DNA of 63,524 nucleotides, counting the filler, from Atractiella rhizophila (Eukaryota), in NCBI GenBank assembly GCA_021432655.1. It is 3 parts of 3 records of this genome, joined end to end, with 100 filler letters (N's around TTAATTAATTAA, not from the genome) between each part and the next. Parts side by side here need not be neighbours in the genome. Positions count along the whole stretch, not along the records: positions 30,521 to 60,876 come from MU271709.1; positions 60,977 to 63,524 come from MU271746.1; 1 more part is not named here. The stretch is one strand, 5' to 3'. Below are positions 48,747-62,112 of the stretch, one piece after another; the stretch's first letter is position 1; the number at the start of each line of letters is the position of its first letter. The position numbers were made by a program, and so were the translations under genes. Under the pieces are notes generated by a model that was not told the origin of the DNA, searched no databases, and was given only the letters and a program-made list of their open reading frames with translations.

Positions 48747-49869
48747 GACTCCCCTTCCGATTGTGTCGTTTCGTTTGTGGGACGGTCCACTCACGCTTGT
48801 GGAGAATCTGGACGGAGGGACAGATGAAGGTTCTGAAGTGAGTTTGATGAAAATGTTTACGAGCATTGCTGTGCATTTGCATGTATGATTGTAAGTAAGT
48901 TGAATGTCTTAGTCCGCGTTGAGAGAAGAGAAGAGAAAATGTAATTTAATAGCCCTGCGTGCAAAAGAATGCAAAGAATAGTCATTTACTTCTATACTCT
49001 CTCTTGAATCTTGAACCAAGTTCGTTGGAAGATACTAGCTAGTAGCTTTCGAACCGCCAGCGCACATTTCCAACAGGGCTCTCGCTCTCAGGCAAGGCAG
49101 GACCACTCTGACATACAGACACGCCCACCAGGATAACCACCGTGGCTGCTGGTGTTGAAGAACTTGAAGAACTTGAAGGTGTGTTCACTGCCTAGTTTTC
49201 CTTTCAAGCTACCTGTCCTGTCCCCATGCTCTTGCCTTTCAAGTTGTTCGAGTTCAAACTACAGGAAATGTACAGCAGACACCCCACCTGTTCTTCTGAT
49301 TTCCAGAGCGCCCAATTACAGTCTCATTTTAACGATATTCAATGTTGTTCAACGTTCAACCCCAAGATCATCGCACGGACTCCTTCTCCTCCACGCACTG
49401 CGGCCTCCACTGCTCGGCCATCTTCAACACTCGCACAAGCAAGTATGGTCACAGCAACAGCAGACTCAACAGCAGGCTTGACAGGTCAGGTCAGTCAAAG
49501 GATCGAAGGAAGCTCCGACTGGAATCGGTGGAGGTGTCCTTCAATGCAATGCATCAGGTTTCGAATTCGTTTGATTTCTTTCGAAAAGCAAGGGTTCATG
49601 CGCTGATGAGCGAGTTCCGGCGAGTTCTAAGTCCGAGTCTGGTTGTGATGAACCCCAATTTTGTGACGGGTGTACTTCTTCCATTTGAATCTCTCATGGG
49701 CTGGTGTTGGGACGCTCGCGTGAGCAGTTTGGTTCGTTATACAAGATGTTTTGCAATCGTAAGCGCACGGTAAAGCGTAAACCAAGAAAGGCATCGATCA
49801 ATCCATCCTCAATCGAAATCCTTCATCATCCTCCAACGACAAGACAAATAACAAATCCGAGTCCACAAT

Positions 49870-51920
49870 CTAGTACATCCACCTATCACGCCACAGACAC
49901 ATCAGCTGCTATCCTAAGAGTGAGAAGAGGGAGAAGACTGACCTCCAGTTGGGATCTCTGATGCCATCCTTCAACTTGGCAGTGTCAACATCCTTGCTCG
50001 TCAACCTCACACCCTGTTGCCTATCGCGACGCCAATTATCGATCCTCATATAACTTCCAAAGAGCGCTACTCCCGTAATCGCAGCCGCGCCAAAGACAGC
50101 TGAACAGACGAGGGCAGGGATGTATTTCGGTTCGTCTTTGGCTTGGAAGACGTTAGAAGAAACCAACCCGGCTGCGTTTCCGAAACCGACAGTGATGGCG
50201 ACGAGCACGGCCCTCTTGGTTGGGTCCGGGGTGTTGTTTGCTGCCCAAGAGCAGAGGAGCACAGAGGGAGAGAAGGAACCCATGCAGAGGAGGAAACAGG
50301 CAAAGTAGGATACGTTGATGTGAGCCTCGACGTCGATCGTCCCAAGAACGATGAAGCCGATCAGGGTCAGAGCGAGAGGAACGATGAGATGGATAGAGCG
50401 CTCTCGGAATCGGTCGGACGATTGAGAGAAGATAACCAGACAGCAGGCTCCCACTCTGTCCATTCGCAAATCAAAGTCAGGTTGTCAATCTCCTTGTCCG
50501 GATTCCAAGGCAAGAGTGAGAAACATACACGTTAGGAGCGACGGTGTACAAATTAGTTTTGACAGTGCTATATCCTAACCTGGCCACGACCTGGGGCAAG
50601 AAATTGGACACGGAAGCGAGGGGAACTCCAAGACAGAACTCGATACCGAACCAAAAGATGGTCTGCCATTCGGTGAGGATCTGTCTGAACGCCTGTTTGA
50701 CGGTCGTGTTCGACGTGATCTCTGTCGTTCCGTCCCTCAACAGTCTCGCTTCGCAAATCGCTTTCTCCTCCTCAGACAAAAAGCGGGCGTGCGAGGGCGA
50801 GCGGGGGAGGATCAAGGCCATGAGGATGGCGACAAAGATCGTGAATCCGCCTTCCCTGAATACAGACATCACATCAGTGTTCCATTCAAGCTTTGGATTG
50901 GAGAGGAAAGGTCGTACGTAAGGAAGAGGATCTGCCATCCCTGTAGAGCAGCGTGTTTCGCCTGGAATACTCCGTAGGCAATCAATCCCTGTGTAGCGAT
51001 TTCAGTTCAGCGTTAGAAGATAAAAGGGAGAAAACATACACCGAAAGCTCCAGCAATAGAAGCAGCGGCATAGAAGATTCCCACCCTCCTGGCGAGTTCA
51101 GCTCGGGTCTATTCATTCACATCCGCCTCAGAACCAAAAAGTGACATAAAGGGAGAAGGGAGACAAACGTAGAAGGTTGAAAGGTAAAAGATGGTACCGG
51201 GCAATACGGCAGCTTCAGCGACTGCGAGTAAGAGACGGATGGTGAGAATGCCTCCAAAGTTCTTGACAGCGGCCGAGCACATCTACACATGATCCATCCA
51301 TACATCCGCCGTCAATTTCGAGTCCTGGGGATGCAGGTGGGGAAAGAGAAAACATACGGAGAGAGCTCCGAATGAGAGTGCCATGATGGGCAGCACGCGC
51401 GCAGCGGTGAACTTCTTGATCAGGATCGTGATTGGGGTTCCCATCACGCAGAAGGGCGCCTGTCCGTCCCCTTCACGTCAGCAGATGTTCTTTGAAGGAG
51501 ATAGAGATGGGAGAACGAACGTAGAAAGCGGTGATGAGTTGATAATACTGGTTTCCGACTAATCCAATGGCCTTATCGAATCCGTCCGTTTTAGCATTCC
51601 CAAGGTTAGCTGTTGTCCCCCACATCGAGTGAGCGATCTATACGAATGAAATTGAATGTAGGAAAGGACTGACTCTTGTCGAGTGCATTGCAGAGGTACA
51701 TGGTAGCCAAGAGGGCGAGGAGCCAAAGGTCGAACTTGCGCAGGATCTTGCTCTCGACTTTAGGGTCAACGGGAGGGATGTCGTGCATGTCCATAGCCCC
51801 TTTGACCTCTGCAGAGACGGGGAGGTCTTCGTACGCCTCCTTGCGGTCTCCATCGCTGAAACCATCCGAGGAAGGCGACTTGTTGTCCAAGTCTGAAGCT
51901 GACGATAACGAACGAGCCAT
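49870..51920 (-). CDS. MFS transporter, ACS (Dal5/Tna1-like) family, complete multi-exon gene
   Basis: Hydrophobic exons including SNFLPQVVARLGYS..NLYTVAP, SDRFRERS, WAANNT..KRA, GNAAGLVSSNVF..PKY; ends DPNWRWMY*. Confidence 0.92.
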
Positions 51921-52367
51921 CCTTGCTTCGAGTTAAGTTGTTGGCCTTTGTTGCTGAGGTCTTCCTGGTGGATATACCCTGAAATATACCTCTCGAACTC
52001 GTGACGAATTCTTGACGAATTCTTGACCAGACTTCGACGAAACTTGATGCAAGTTCGCTGGGGAAAGTGGCCAGCGCAGGATAAGACTTATAAAGAGGGG
52101 AAAAAGGTGGAGGGATGCTCGGACGACTGTGAGGCATGTTATCATTCAACTGCGACAATCAACGCGTGGTCGTTTGTGCCCGTGCAGATATACTTCCCGC
52201 CTTGTCTGCTATTTTAGTACGTGGGTGTTCACTTGATCACTGCTCCATTTCTTCATTGCTTTTCATCTTGTACCAATCTATCCACTTAAATATCTATTTC
52301 TACCCTGTTCCTGTTCCTGCTGACACAAAGAAGTACCTCACCGTGACAATCAGAACCAGAAACCAAA

Positions 52368-54085
52368 ATGGCTTCCCAAACGAGCACCCCCGCTGAACTC
52401 CTCCCGCTTCCCACCAAAGATGTACTCCTCCAGGCTTTCAAGTCCAAGTCGCTCTCCTCGCTTCGGACTCCAGCCATAGTCATAGAACGCAAGCCCTATG
52501 CGGATAACTGTCAGGCCATGGCTGAAAGGGTCAAAGCAGTCGGAGCCAGGTTTCGGTTCGTCTATCTTTCTCCGTCCTTATATAACGGATCCTAAGGATG
52601 ATGTTATACAGAGCTCACGTGAAGTCGCACAAAGTACTTTTCATCGTTTGTCCTCATGGAAAGCAAGAGCTGATGCGAGCGATAGACAGCGGAGGGCACT
52701 CTGCTTCAGCTGCAAACCTCTCCTGCATCTCACTCCGTCGTCTGTTCGACCCTACCCGAAGCTTGGGGATTGGTTCATGCCGGATTGGCGAAATCAGGCG
52801 TCGTGCATGATGTGCGTGCTCATTTCTCTTTCCGAAAAATCCTATATTCTGCGAAAATCCCTTCTCGTTGGACTATTCTCCCAATTTCACTGATCCTATA
52901 CCCAAAAACTGTTTTCAATAAATACACTCCAATGATTGTCTGCGGAGAAATATCCTCAAATAAATCTCCAAAGAAAATCAAGCTTACCCTGTGATAGATG
53001 CTCTACGGTTTCCCACTGCCGCTCGACAAGATCGCAGACCTCGCTTCTCTCCAGGAGCATTACAAGGAAGTGCTGGTCATGATCGACGACATTCGCCAAG
53101 TCAACGGGTTAGCAGCATACAATGATCGGGAGGGAAAGAAGGTGGCTTTCAAGGCGTTTGTCAAAGTGAACCAAGGCAATCTGTGCGTCCCTCCTTTCCC
53201 CGTTCCCATCATCCACCTCAATAAATCACTGACGAGGAAACGACAGACGGGCAGGATTGGAGCTCGACTCGCCCGAACTGGCCGCGCTCATCAAATCCAT
53301 CATCTCCTCCCCGTACCTGTCCATCTACGGCTTCTACACGCACTCCGGGGACGCCTACGCCTCTCGAGATCCCCAAAAGGCCCAAGAATTCCTAACGACC
53401 GAAATCCGATCCGTCGCCTCCGCCTCCTCCTTCGCTCGGAAGATCTACAAAGAACAACAAAAGGAGGAGGAGCTGACAAGCTTCGTCCTCTCCGTCGGTT
53501 CCACGCCTACAGCGCACGTGTCCTCCTCCCTCTCGCAGTTCAAGGACCTCCTACACTCGACTGACGAGTTGGAGGTCCATGCGGGCGTTTACCCTCTGTG
53601 CGATTTGCAGCAACAGAGTACCTCCCTCGTCCCTGCTGAGAACCTCGCGATGGGAGTGTTGTCGAGAGTTTGCGCCATTTACGAACATCGGAAGCCTCCG
53701 CAGGCTCTGATAGATGCCGGAGCGATCGCTTTCAGTAAGGATCAAGGACCGACGGGTGACTTTGGGAGGGTGTATTTCTCGAAGCAGGGTTTGGAAGGAT
53801 GGAGGGTGCACAAGACTTCTCAGGTTCGTCGACCTTCCCCCTTCATTAGAACCACGCTGAGATTGTGGATGTATTCGTTAGGAACATGGTTTGCTTTCCC
53901 CTCCGGAGGGGATGTCGGACGAGGAGGCGAAGGAGCTGTTGAAGACGGTGAGCTTGGGAGAAATCGTCAAGATCCGCCCGCAACATGCTTGCCTCACTTG
54001 TGCCGCTCATCATTGGTATTATGTGACGGAGACGAAGGAGGAAGAGACGGTGAGCGATGTTTGGGTGCCATGGAAAGCTTGGTAA
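52368..54085 (+). CDS. DSD1: D-serine dehydratase-like (copy 3, complete)
   Basis: Same motifs and exons as 1725-3452. Confidence 0.88.
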
Positions 54086-54307
54086 TAATACTCCTTCCTA
54101 AATATCATCATCACAAGAAATAAAAGAAAATGTACCTCCCAACCATGCTGTTATGAATATGTTGTACAGTGGAATTGCAATATCGAACTTCAAATGAGCA
54201 GTCAGAACGTGCCATGTAAAAGGATGGATATTTGATTTCAGTTGTTCATTTTGATTATCTTTACATTCCCGGTTACATTGTCACAGCGAACAAGGGGATG
54301 GGAGGAA

Positions 54308-55002
54308 TCACGGCTTGACCATCGCCACGCCCTCGATCTCGACGAGAACATCGAGCGGGAGTCTCGCGACCTACACCTCCGATCAGCGACCAACGCTGAG
54401 CACGTTCAGAGACGCACCTCGACGCAAGTCCTCGTCGGCTTGTAGGGTGCGAAAAAGTCGCCGTAGACTTTGTTGATGCGTCCAAAGTCGTTCATGTCCT
54501 TCAAGTAGACTGAAAGACCCCCATTGTCATCAGAATAGAGGATTTGGGACGGCATGGTAGGAGGAGGGACGCACTGTTGCATTTGATGATGTGGTCCTTA
54601 TCCGATCCGCTGGCGTTCGCTACCGCAGACAGGTTCTTGAGCACCTGGAGCTGTATCCGACCAATCCATAGAATGATCAGCAACCTCCAACCAAAACATT
54701 GAAGATTGAAAATTGGGAATTGGGAATCGAATGCGACGAGGGAGACGAACGCATTGAGCCTCCACACCTCCCTCGACCACCTTTCCCTGCAGATCCACGC
54801 CGATGCATCCAGAGATGTACACGAGCGTCGCGTTCGCGGGCACCTTCAATGCAGACACTGTTCACCGACATCGAGGAATCGATCAGCCATCTTCTTCCAA
54901 CCTGGGAATATTAATAGGGAGGGAACACGAACCGAGAGGGACATTCGGGTTGGAGAACGCCTCGCTGGCGGGCACGGTGACGACTTCGAGAGGTGAAGGC
55001 AT
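54308..55002 (-). CDS. RidA family deaminase (copy 3)
   Basis: Same exons as 3683-4377. Confidence 0.9.
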
Positions 55003-55243
55003 TTGGCTCTTCTTTTCTTTTCTTTCGATGCAAAGGTATGGTACTGAGAACTGCGGATCGCTGGATCGCTTAAAAAGCCTCGAAAGCGGGTACTGTACGA
55101 TAGCGTGCGTGGGGATGTCTGTACTCTGGAATTCCACGGCGCCCAGCTACCTTCCAGAAGGAGAAGCAAAAATTTCAAGCGCGTCTCCAACCAACAACAC
55201 GTCAACCTCAACAACCATTCCTCAGCCTTTCTCTTCAGCAGCC

Positions 55244-55772
55244 ATGGTGCGTCCCTTGCTCACTGGCCTCATGCAGCAAAGTAATGCTAACGCTGCGACA
55301 GTCGAACCTCACCATCAAGTCCATCAAGTCCCTCATTCCCCTCATGGACCGAGTGCTCGTCAAGCGCATCGAGCCGCTCTCCGTAAGCCTCTCTCTTCCT
55401 CTCCTTCACTCTCTGCACCACACCCTACTGACTGTCTCGTCTCGTCGTCCGGTCGGGCAGAAAACGGCCTCGGGACTCTTCATCCCCACCTCGTCCACCT
55501 CCACCCCTCCCGAAGCTGAGGTCCTCGCCGTCGGAGAGGGATACAGGGACAAAGAGGGAAAGATCACGCCGACGACCGTCAAGGCGGGAGACAAGGTCCT
55601 CCTCCCCTCGTTCGGAGGACAGAGCTTCAAGCTCGGAGAGCAGGTTCGTCTTTCTTCCTTCCTTCACAGGTGATAGGGTGTTCATGGTATTCATGTGCGT
55701 TGGGTTGGGTTGGGGTGGCAGGAGTATCAAATCTTCAGAGACTCGGAAATAATCGCCAAAATCAACGAGTGA
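55244..55772 (+). CDS. HSP10: Hsp10 (complete)
   Basis: Same as 7603-8126. Confidence 0.95.
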
Positions 55773-56487
55773 TCCATTCACCCAAAACCGTCAGCCTCCT
55801 CTCCCTTTTATTGTTGAAGGACTAGAGAGGAGGAGAAGGAGACCATCGCATCCAGTCGTACTTGCATTCACATAACATACCTCGTTCACATACGCCTGTC
55901 CTAATACCTATATGCTTATGCTTTTGGGAATCTAAGCTGCATTCTCCACTCTCATCCCTGCCCTCACTTTGGCGACACGTCAGTGCACTACCACCCTAAA
56001 TTCTATTACTGAGAACAGGCTGGTCGTTTTTGTACTCTTACTCAACAAGTACATTATTTAACGCTGAAGTCGTCTTTCTTACTTCCGAGAAGACTCACTC
56101 GAAGTGACGAAGGGCAGATGGTATACACCAAGGAGCAAACAACGCATGAACCGAGCCACTTCTCGAACGAGAAGCACAAGAGTACTCTCAAGCGATCAAC
56201 AATCGAAATTGCACTCAGTCGATCCAAATGCCAAAACGCGAAAAGGGGTGTGAACGAAGGCTATCCAGGCCGGACGAAAGAAAAGGCAGACAAAGATGGA
56301 AAGCGTGCCGACCTGGGCTTGATTGATAGACGTTGCGGGGAGAGGGGGGAGTGGGTATCCTAAGTGCTTCACAAGATCGGGGACGGATTGGTGGTTGAAT
56401 ACTGTGAAAGAGATGGAATGAATTTATTGAAACCAGAATCAACAACGGGAGAGGATTTACAGGATGAAGATTATATTGGGGAGACGT

Positions 56488-57898
56488 TTAGTCTTGCTTC
56501 TCGATGACCCACATCTGGGACTCATCAGACTGTTTTCATCCATTATCGATCAGGACCATTCGCAGAAGAGCAAGGCAATAACGAACCCTGTCAAAGTCAA
56601 CCATCTTGACAGCTTGGGCATCAGCAAAAGCGGTGATGGCCTCGCCGGCAAGAGCACGGGTGGTCATGTCCCTTCATTCACCGTCAACATCTATCCCTCT
56701 CATCGAGAAACAAAGAAAGAGCGTACTCAATGTGGTCCATGGCAACGAAGTAGAAAACTCCGGAGTCAGGAGAGGCCCTCTTCTTCAAAGAGCTGGCGAT
56801 GGACTTGTGCGACCTCCTCATCATGCCGGCCTTGTTGAGGACCTTCTTGCACTCTGGGTGGTCCTTCACGTATTCGCTGTGCTGGGCGAGCCAGGTGGCG
56901 TCCTTGGTGCAGACGGGGGCGACGGCGAGTCCCTTGCACTCGGGGTGCTTGACGTACCAGTCGGAATCCGCATCCTTAGCGTTGCGGTAGAGCCAATCTC
57001 CAGCCTGTTCCAACCCAACGGGATCAAAACCATGTTCCAAACGCTGCGGACGACAAAGGCAGAAGGACAAAGAGGGCAGACCTTGGTGCAACCAGATCCG
57101 TCGGTGCTATCGCTGTCGTCGCTTGAGTCGGTCTTCTCAGAGTCGTCAGTCTTGACAGCAACCTTAGCGACGGCCTTGGTCTTCTCGGAGGCGGAGGAGG
57201 AACCATCATCGAGGTAGGAATCGTCGACGGGGATGGCGGCCCAGAACTGCTTGTAGGGCTCCAAGCTGTCCGTGTGGCACTCGGGCTCGTCACCGTATGC
57301 GCACTCGTAGGCAACTCCGTATTCGTCACGGCCGATATCCTCCTCCCATTGGGCGGAAATCACCTGTTCGGCGAAAAGAACGCATCAGCACTCCCATTTT
57401 CCACATTTCTAAGAGAAAGAACGCAGCTCACCTTGTTGTCGGGGACATACCTGATCCTCGTCGATCCGTCACCCCTAAAGGAGGGCTTGAGCTCGAGGGT
57501 GTCGCCGGCTCCAAGTCCGGATCCATCTCCGAGAGACTTGAGGATCTCAGCGATGGTATCGAGGCTAGGGAGGAAGTTGGCCTGGTCGTTATGGACGTAT
57601 GTGATGGTAGCGCCAGTCTTCTTGTTCGTAATCTTGTAGTTTCCATCAAGGGGAACTGCCTCATCCTACACCCAACAACGCGAAAATCAACAATCCCATT
57701 CTCTCGACCGACCAAGTCGATTTCTGTCCATTTTTTTGCAGAATTTTTGGTAGAATTTTCGATGCAAGGAAGACAGCCCGTAAGAGGGAAAGAAAGACAT
57801 ACAACGAGGCTCTTGGCGACTCTGGCGTTGTCAACGACGCCTTGCGCATGGACAGCGACGCCGAGGACGGCGAGGGCAGAGATGATCTTTGCGTGCAT
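56488..57898 (-). CDS. Secreted HPECK-repeat protein (copy 2)
   Basis: Same as 8852-10263. Confidence 0.75.
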
Positions 57899-59520
57899 GT
57901 TAGGAGTAACGATTGTTTGTGGTGAAGGAATGTGTGTGCTCGTAGGCAGTGAGCTGTGTGAAAATGGCCGTTTGGTGGGAAAGTGGTTGGAAAGGGATGT
58001 GCTTTTATGGCGACGAAGAAGGTTTCAGACTTAAGAAGCTTATTTCGTCTTATGCGCACGCTAAAACGCGAAAACGCGCAGAACCTCCCAAACGCCAAGC
58101 CACGACTTCGGCCCCCTTTTCCCTCAACTCTTCTTACAGTCAGAGATACTTCTCTTCTTGGATTTGTGTTTATGTTTATGCAAGATGCCTCCAGACCTTT
58201 GCTCAAGTGTTGTTGAATCTTTGGACAGCCAGAGAGCCAGAGAACCGATGTTTTGGTCGCGTTTCAGATCAACGAAACGTGGAGATCACCGCTGCTTCCA
58301 CCTTTCTGGCCAGTTCTGGATACAATCTCCAGGTGCTTCCACCACCCCACAATGCTGCTATCAGCAGAGTGAGCATCAGGCTCAGGAACTGGAGTCCGTG
58401 GAATGGATGAGCAAGCAGACCATTCCACAAGGTGTGTCGGTTCTCGCTTTTCAGAACGAATGACCTGCAGTCTCGCAGCCGGTATGGCAACCAGCTGTTA
58501 TTGCAGTAATGCGCCGAAATCTGCGCACCGTGAACGTTGCATGCATGATTCTCGGAAGCAGCATCAATTGCCAGCGGAGGTGTCGGTGCTTTCAATAAAA
58601 TCGACACAAAGAACTTCGCTGCTTCACGACCAACCTCTCACTTGTTTGTGATGGACCCCTCGTTTCAAGACGGACATGAGTGAAAGCACTCTTGTTTCGG
58701 TCGTGATGAAGTGCCGAAACGTCGTTACGTGCCGCATTCGCGAAGCAAGATTACATCTACTTGGTAGACGCGAACAATAAATAAGAAAGAAGAGGTTGCA
58801 TTTTCAATGATGTCACCCCACCGTATTATTGAGAAGTTCAGGCGAAGAATTTATCTCAAGTCTGCCTGGCACTTTGTTTCATGAGCGAAGAACGAGTGTC
58901 TCGCATTTCTTTCCATTCATCGACGGAAAGGACAAAGGCAATGTTTAAACCGCGATATTGATGAAACTCGGTAGAGAGTGCACTAACCATGGGGTTGTCG
59001 ACTCCCTTCACGTGACCACAATATCCCTCTTTTCCTTCAAAAAGATCCAAGAATTCAAAGTCCACATCCAAATTTTTCGTTTTGAGGCGAAAGAGGTGCC
59101 GTAGGTAGAGGCTGGAGGGAATATATACCTCCTCATCTAGCAAGGTTCAAGAGAGACCCGAGTTCGCTAACTCCTTGCGCCAATCCAGTTCACTGTGGTG
59201 TAGCAGAATTTGCACGAGGAAGCACGCTCGGTGCTCCAGAATTGGACCTTGAAGGGATACTTTTCAGGGCAGACGCCTCGGACCTCTATGTCAGGAGCCA
59301 AGGTTGCAAGGAGTAACACACTGAAATATGTCCTGTTGTCCACTAAACCACATGCAATTCCATCACAGACCTGGGTATCCCTTACATTTTGAGCACGGAT
59401 AGCAATCCTCAAGCGATAAAACATTTTGCAAAGAACCAAAATTCACCCAAAATTCGAAATCACCACATTTACTCACTTTTTGAGCATTTTCGATTTTTTT
59501 TTATCCGTTCCATGATTCAG

Positions 59521-60876
59521 TTAGTCTTCGTCCAACAGAGGAGCAGCGGCAGCGGCAGCCCTCAACCTGTCCTCTCGGTCAAGACGCTTCCACTCGTCCT
59601 GAAAATACGGTCAATTTCAATCTACTGGCCTCTTCACGAAGTACACTTACCTTCGTGGCTTCTTCAATTCTTTTGCAAACCACTTGCCAACCTTTCAAGT
59701 AGTCCACTGATATCCAGTTGTCAGAACGAGGGAAGCAAGCGGAATGGAAAGACGGACGAGGAATATACGTGTCTCTTTTCGGTGCAAAATACTCCTCCTT
59801 GGCATCGTCATATTTGTTAAGGTATTCAGCCAAAGTAAGGAAATTCCTTTGATTTTTGAGATATGCCATGACCTTCGTATCCCGGCCAAAGAAGAGCATA
59901 GTCCAAACGTGCCTGATCGGCGGATACTTGTCCTTCTCTTCCTGCGTCGACAGAGAAGCCACAAGTGCCTTCTGCTCGTCGATTGCGCGCGTACAGATTT
60001 CTCGGAGGAGGACTTGTCGATTGGGTGAAGACGTCTGCGCTCGCCCATGGGACGGTGACTGCCACGAAGAAGGAGCCATCCAACATCTGGTCGGCAGTCA
60101 GTATGCTCACAGCGGAACGATGAAAACCCACATCCCACTCCGCTAACACGCATCCTGCAAGCTCCTTGTTTTGTCTCAGAGAGCTCTGACTTTCATCATT
60201 GCCGTTAATCAATCGCTGATGTCGGATCTGGAAAACAGTTCTGTCAGCTCTGAAAGGAGCATGATAATATCGAACGACAGACGGGTTTCAGATGAGCTTT
60301 CTTTCCTTTCCTTGGAGTGGGCACTTTCCATCGCGTCGCAACAAACCTGACAAACATGTGAGCCAAGTTGTAAAGATGACTAAAGGAAGGGATCCCACCG
60401 TCGTCGATTCGTCGACTTTTCGACGTCCAACCTGATGTACGGTTCGATCATCTGCCACCCGTCCTTTGCCATGTTCCCGACCTGCAAATGGCGTGAGACC
60501 CCAAATTTAAGAACAATGGCACACTTACCTCTTGGAAAGTGGTGGCCATAGCCACTCCTGGTTCGAGTATCTCAGGAATGGCTGGTGAACTATGAGCAAG
60601 TACCAATTATGGGACGTGGGTGAACAGACCTAATCCAGCAAGAAGGGTTGTCTTAAACACATCACCACAAAACTCGGCAAGTTGCTCTCTCTCTTCTTCT
60701 GGGATATCAGCCGTGCGCATGACAATGAATTCCTGATCGTTCGAATCGGCTTCGCATGTCACGTAAATGAATGTGTTCACATGAAAAGGAGACTGCCAAA
60801 GCTTACCTCCACGTGAATGACTGAGAATACATGTCTTCCTGCCGCTCTCAAAAAGCTCCTTACATCTCCACTTCCC
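59521..60876 (-). CDS. 3' part of the multi-Cys/Q-rich protein gene (copy 2); cut by the scaffold end, with a 1-nt insertion near 60010
   Basis: Matches 11882-13231. ggaggaggacttg here versus ggaggagacttg in copy 1. Confidence 0.65.
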
Positions 60877-60976
60877 NNNNNNNNNNNNNNNNNNNNNNNN
60901 NNNNNNNNNNNNNNNNNNNNTTAATTAATTAANNNNNNNNNNNNNNNNNNNNNNNNNNNNNNNNNNNNNNNNNNNN
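60877..60976. other. Artificial scaffold spacer (44 N, TTAATTAATTAA, 44 N)
   Basis: Same linker as 30421-30520. Confidence 0.97.
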
Positions 60977-62112
60977 TTCAAGCTTCAAGGGGAAGAGGAA
61001 CAAGGTCGCGACTCCTTGTTCAAAGCATCAAGGAACGCGTTCCAGCGCGACCACTGAGCACGTGATGTGTTGTGACTTGCACCACTGCCCTTAATGGAGC
61101 CTGTGATATCCCAGAGTCAGTTTTGAAAGAGTATGTAGTTGAGTGGATCAAATACGTTAGCGTTAGGCCAGTGAGCCTTGGGGAGGAGATGTTCGTATAG
61201 CTCAAACTTTCGCTCCTTTGCTTGACACTGGTCGTTATCACTTTAAAGGTGTGACATGTTTACGTCCTCCTCCTTCCAAGGGAACATATTGAAGGAATTT
61301 CACTCTAAGAGATAAAGCAATAAGGATTGGACTGAACAGAAAGTTCCAAGGAGACAAGGAATCGTGGATTAAGGCAACAAAGAAAGTGGAAGCGAACATG
61401 ACCAAGCAGCAGTGTGTATTGAGTATTCCTCTTTCCTTGTCAAACAAATTTTGAGGTTAAGCACGCACAGAAAGGAAGACGGGAGTAAAGGACTCGATTC
61501 TGTATCAATGGCTGGCACCGTGGCAAACAACAAGAACTAGAGTGAAACCTCCTAAACCAAGGGCTTAGAATCCTTTTCGTCATCATGCTGGTACAACTTA
61601 CTTTCCACAGAGCAAGAAACCACTGTTTTAAACAGGTGCTACGACGTTAAATGGTATTGGACACGCGTGTGGTCTTCCTGCTGGATGCAAGCTAGTAAGG
61701 AATACACACATACGTCCCCATGCTGCTTCCTCTTCGCTATTATGTTTAAACCTCAGAGAAGTCTTTCAGCGACTGTGTACGCTGTGCATAGTGAGCGACC
61801 CCGTTTGTCCGCTCTCATGCTTGCAACATGACGAGCTCAAACTTGTCGCTCGGACTCTCTCCCAGTTCCTACCATCTTTTCAGTTGCTAAGTATCTCCAC
61901 CAAAACTCTCTAATCTTGCTCTAATGAAGTTCCTGTGCCTCCAGCTCTGCAGGTGACAGTGATATGTCCTGTAACAATGTCGCAGTTTGGTAGTCGTGGT
62001 TGTTTCCGTTTGTCGGCCAAACTCGGCTTGCTATTTCCTCAGTTGCTCCCCAAAAAACCACGACCACTTTCAGACTCGCGACTTTTCTTTTTCCTCTCTC
62101 ACACTCAAAAAG

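Larger units (their letters stand above)
50637..60876 (+). repeat. Near-identical second version of 1-13231, without the internal tandem duplication
   Basis: Collinear gene by gene, starting aactcgataccgaacc as at position 1. Differences are mostly intronic, intergenic or synonymous. Confidence 0.96.

Noticed and set aside
60977..61600. Possible minus-strand membrane-protein gene upstream of MDH
   Set aside because: Some hydrophobic frames and splice-like signals, but no consistent exon model or motif, and it is cut by the spacer.
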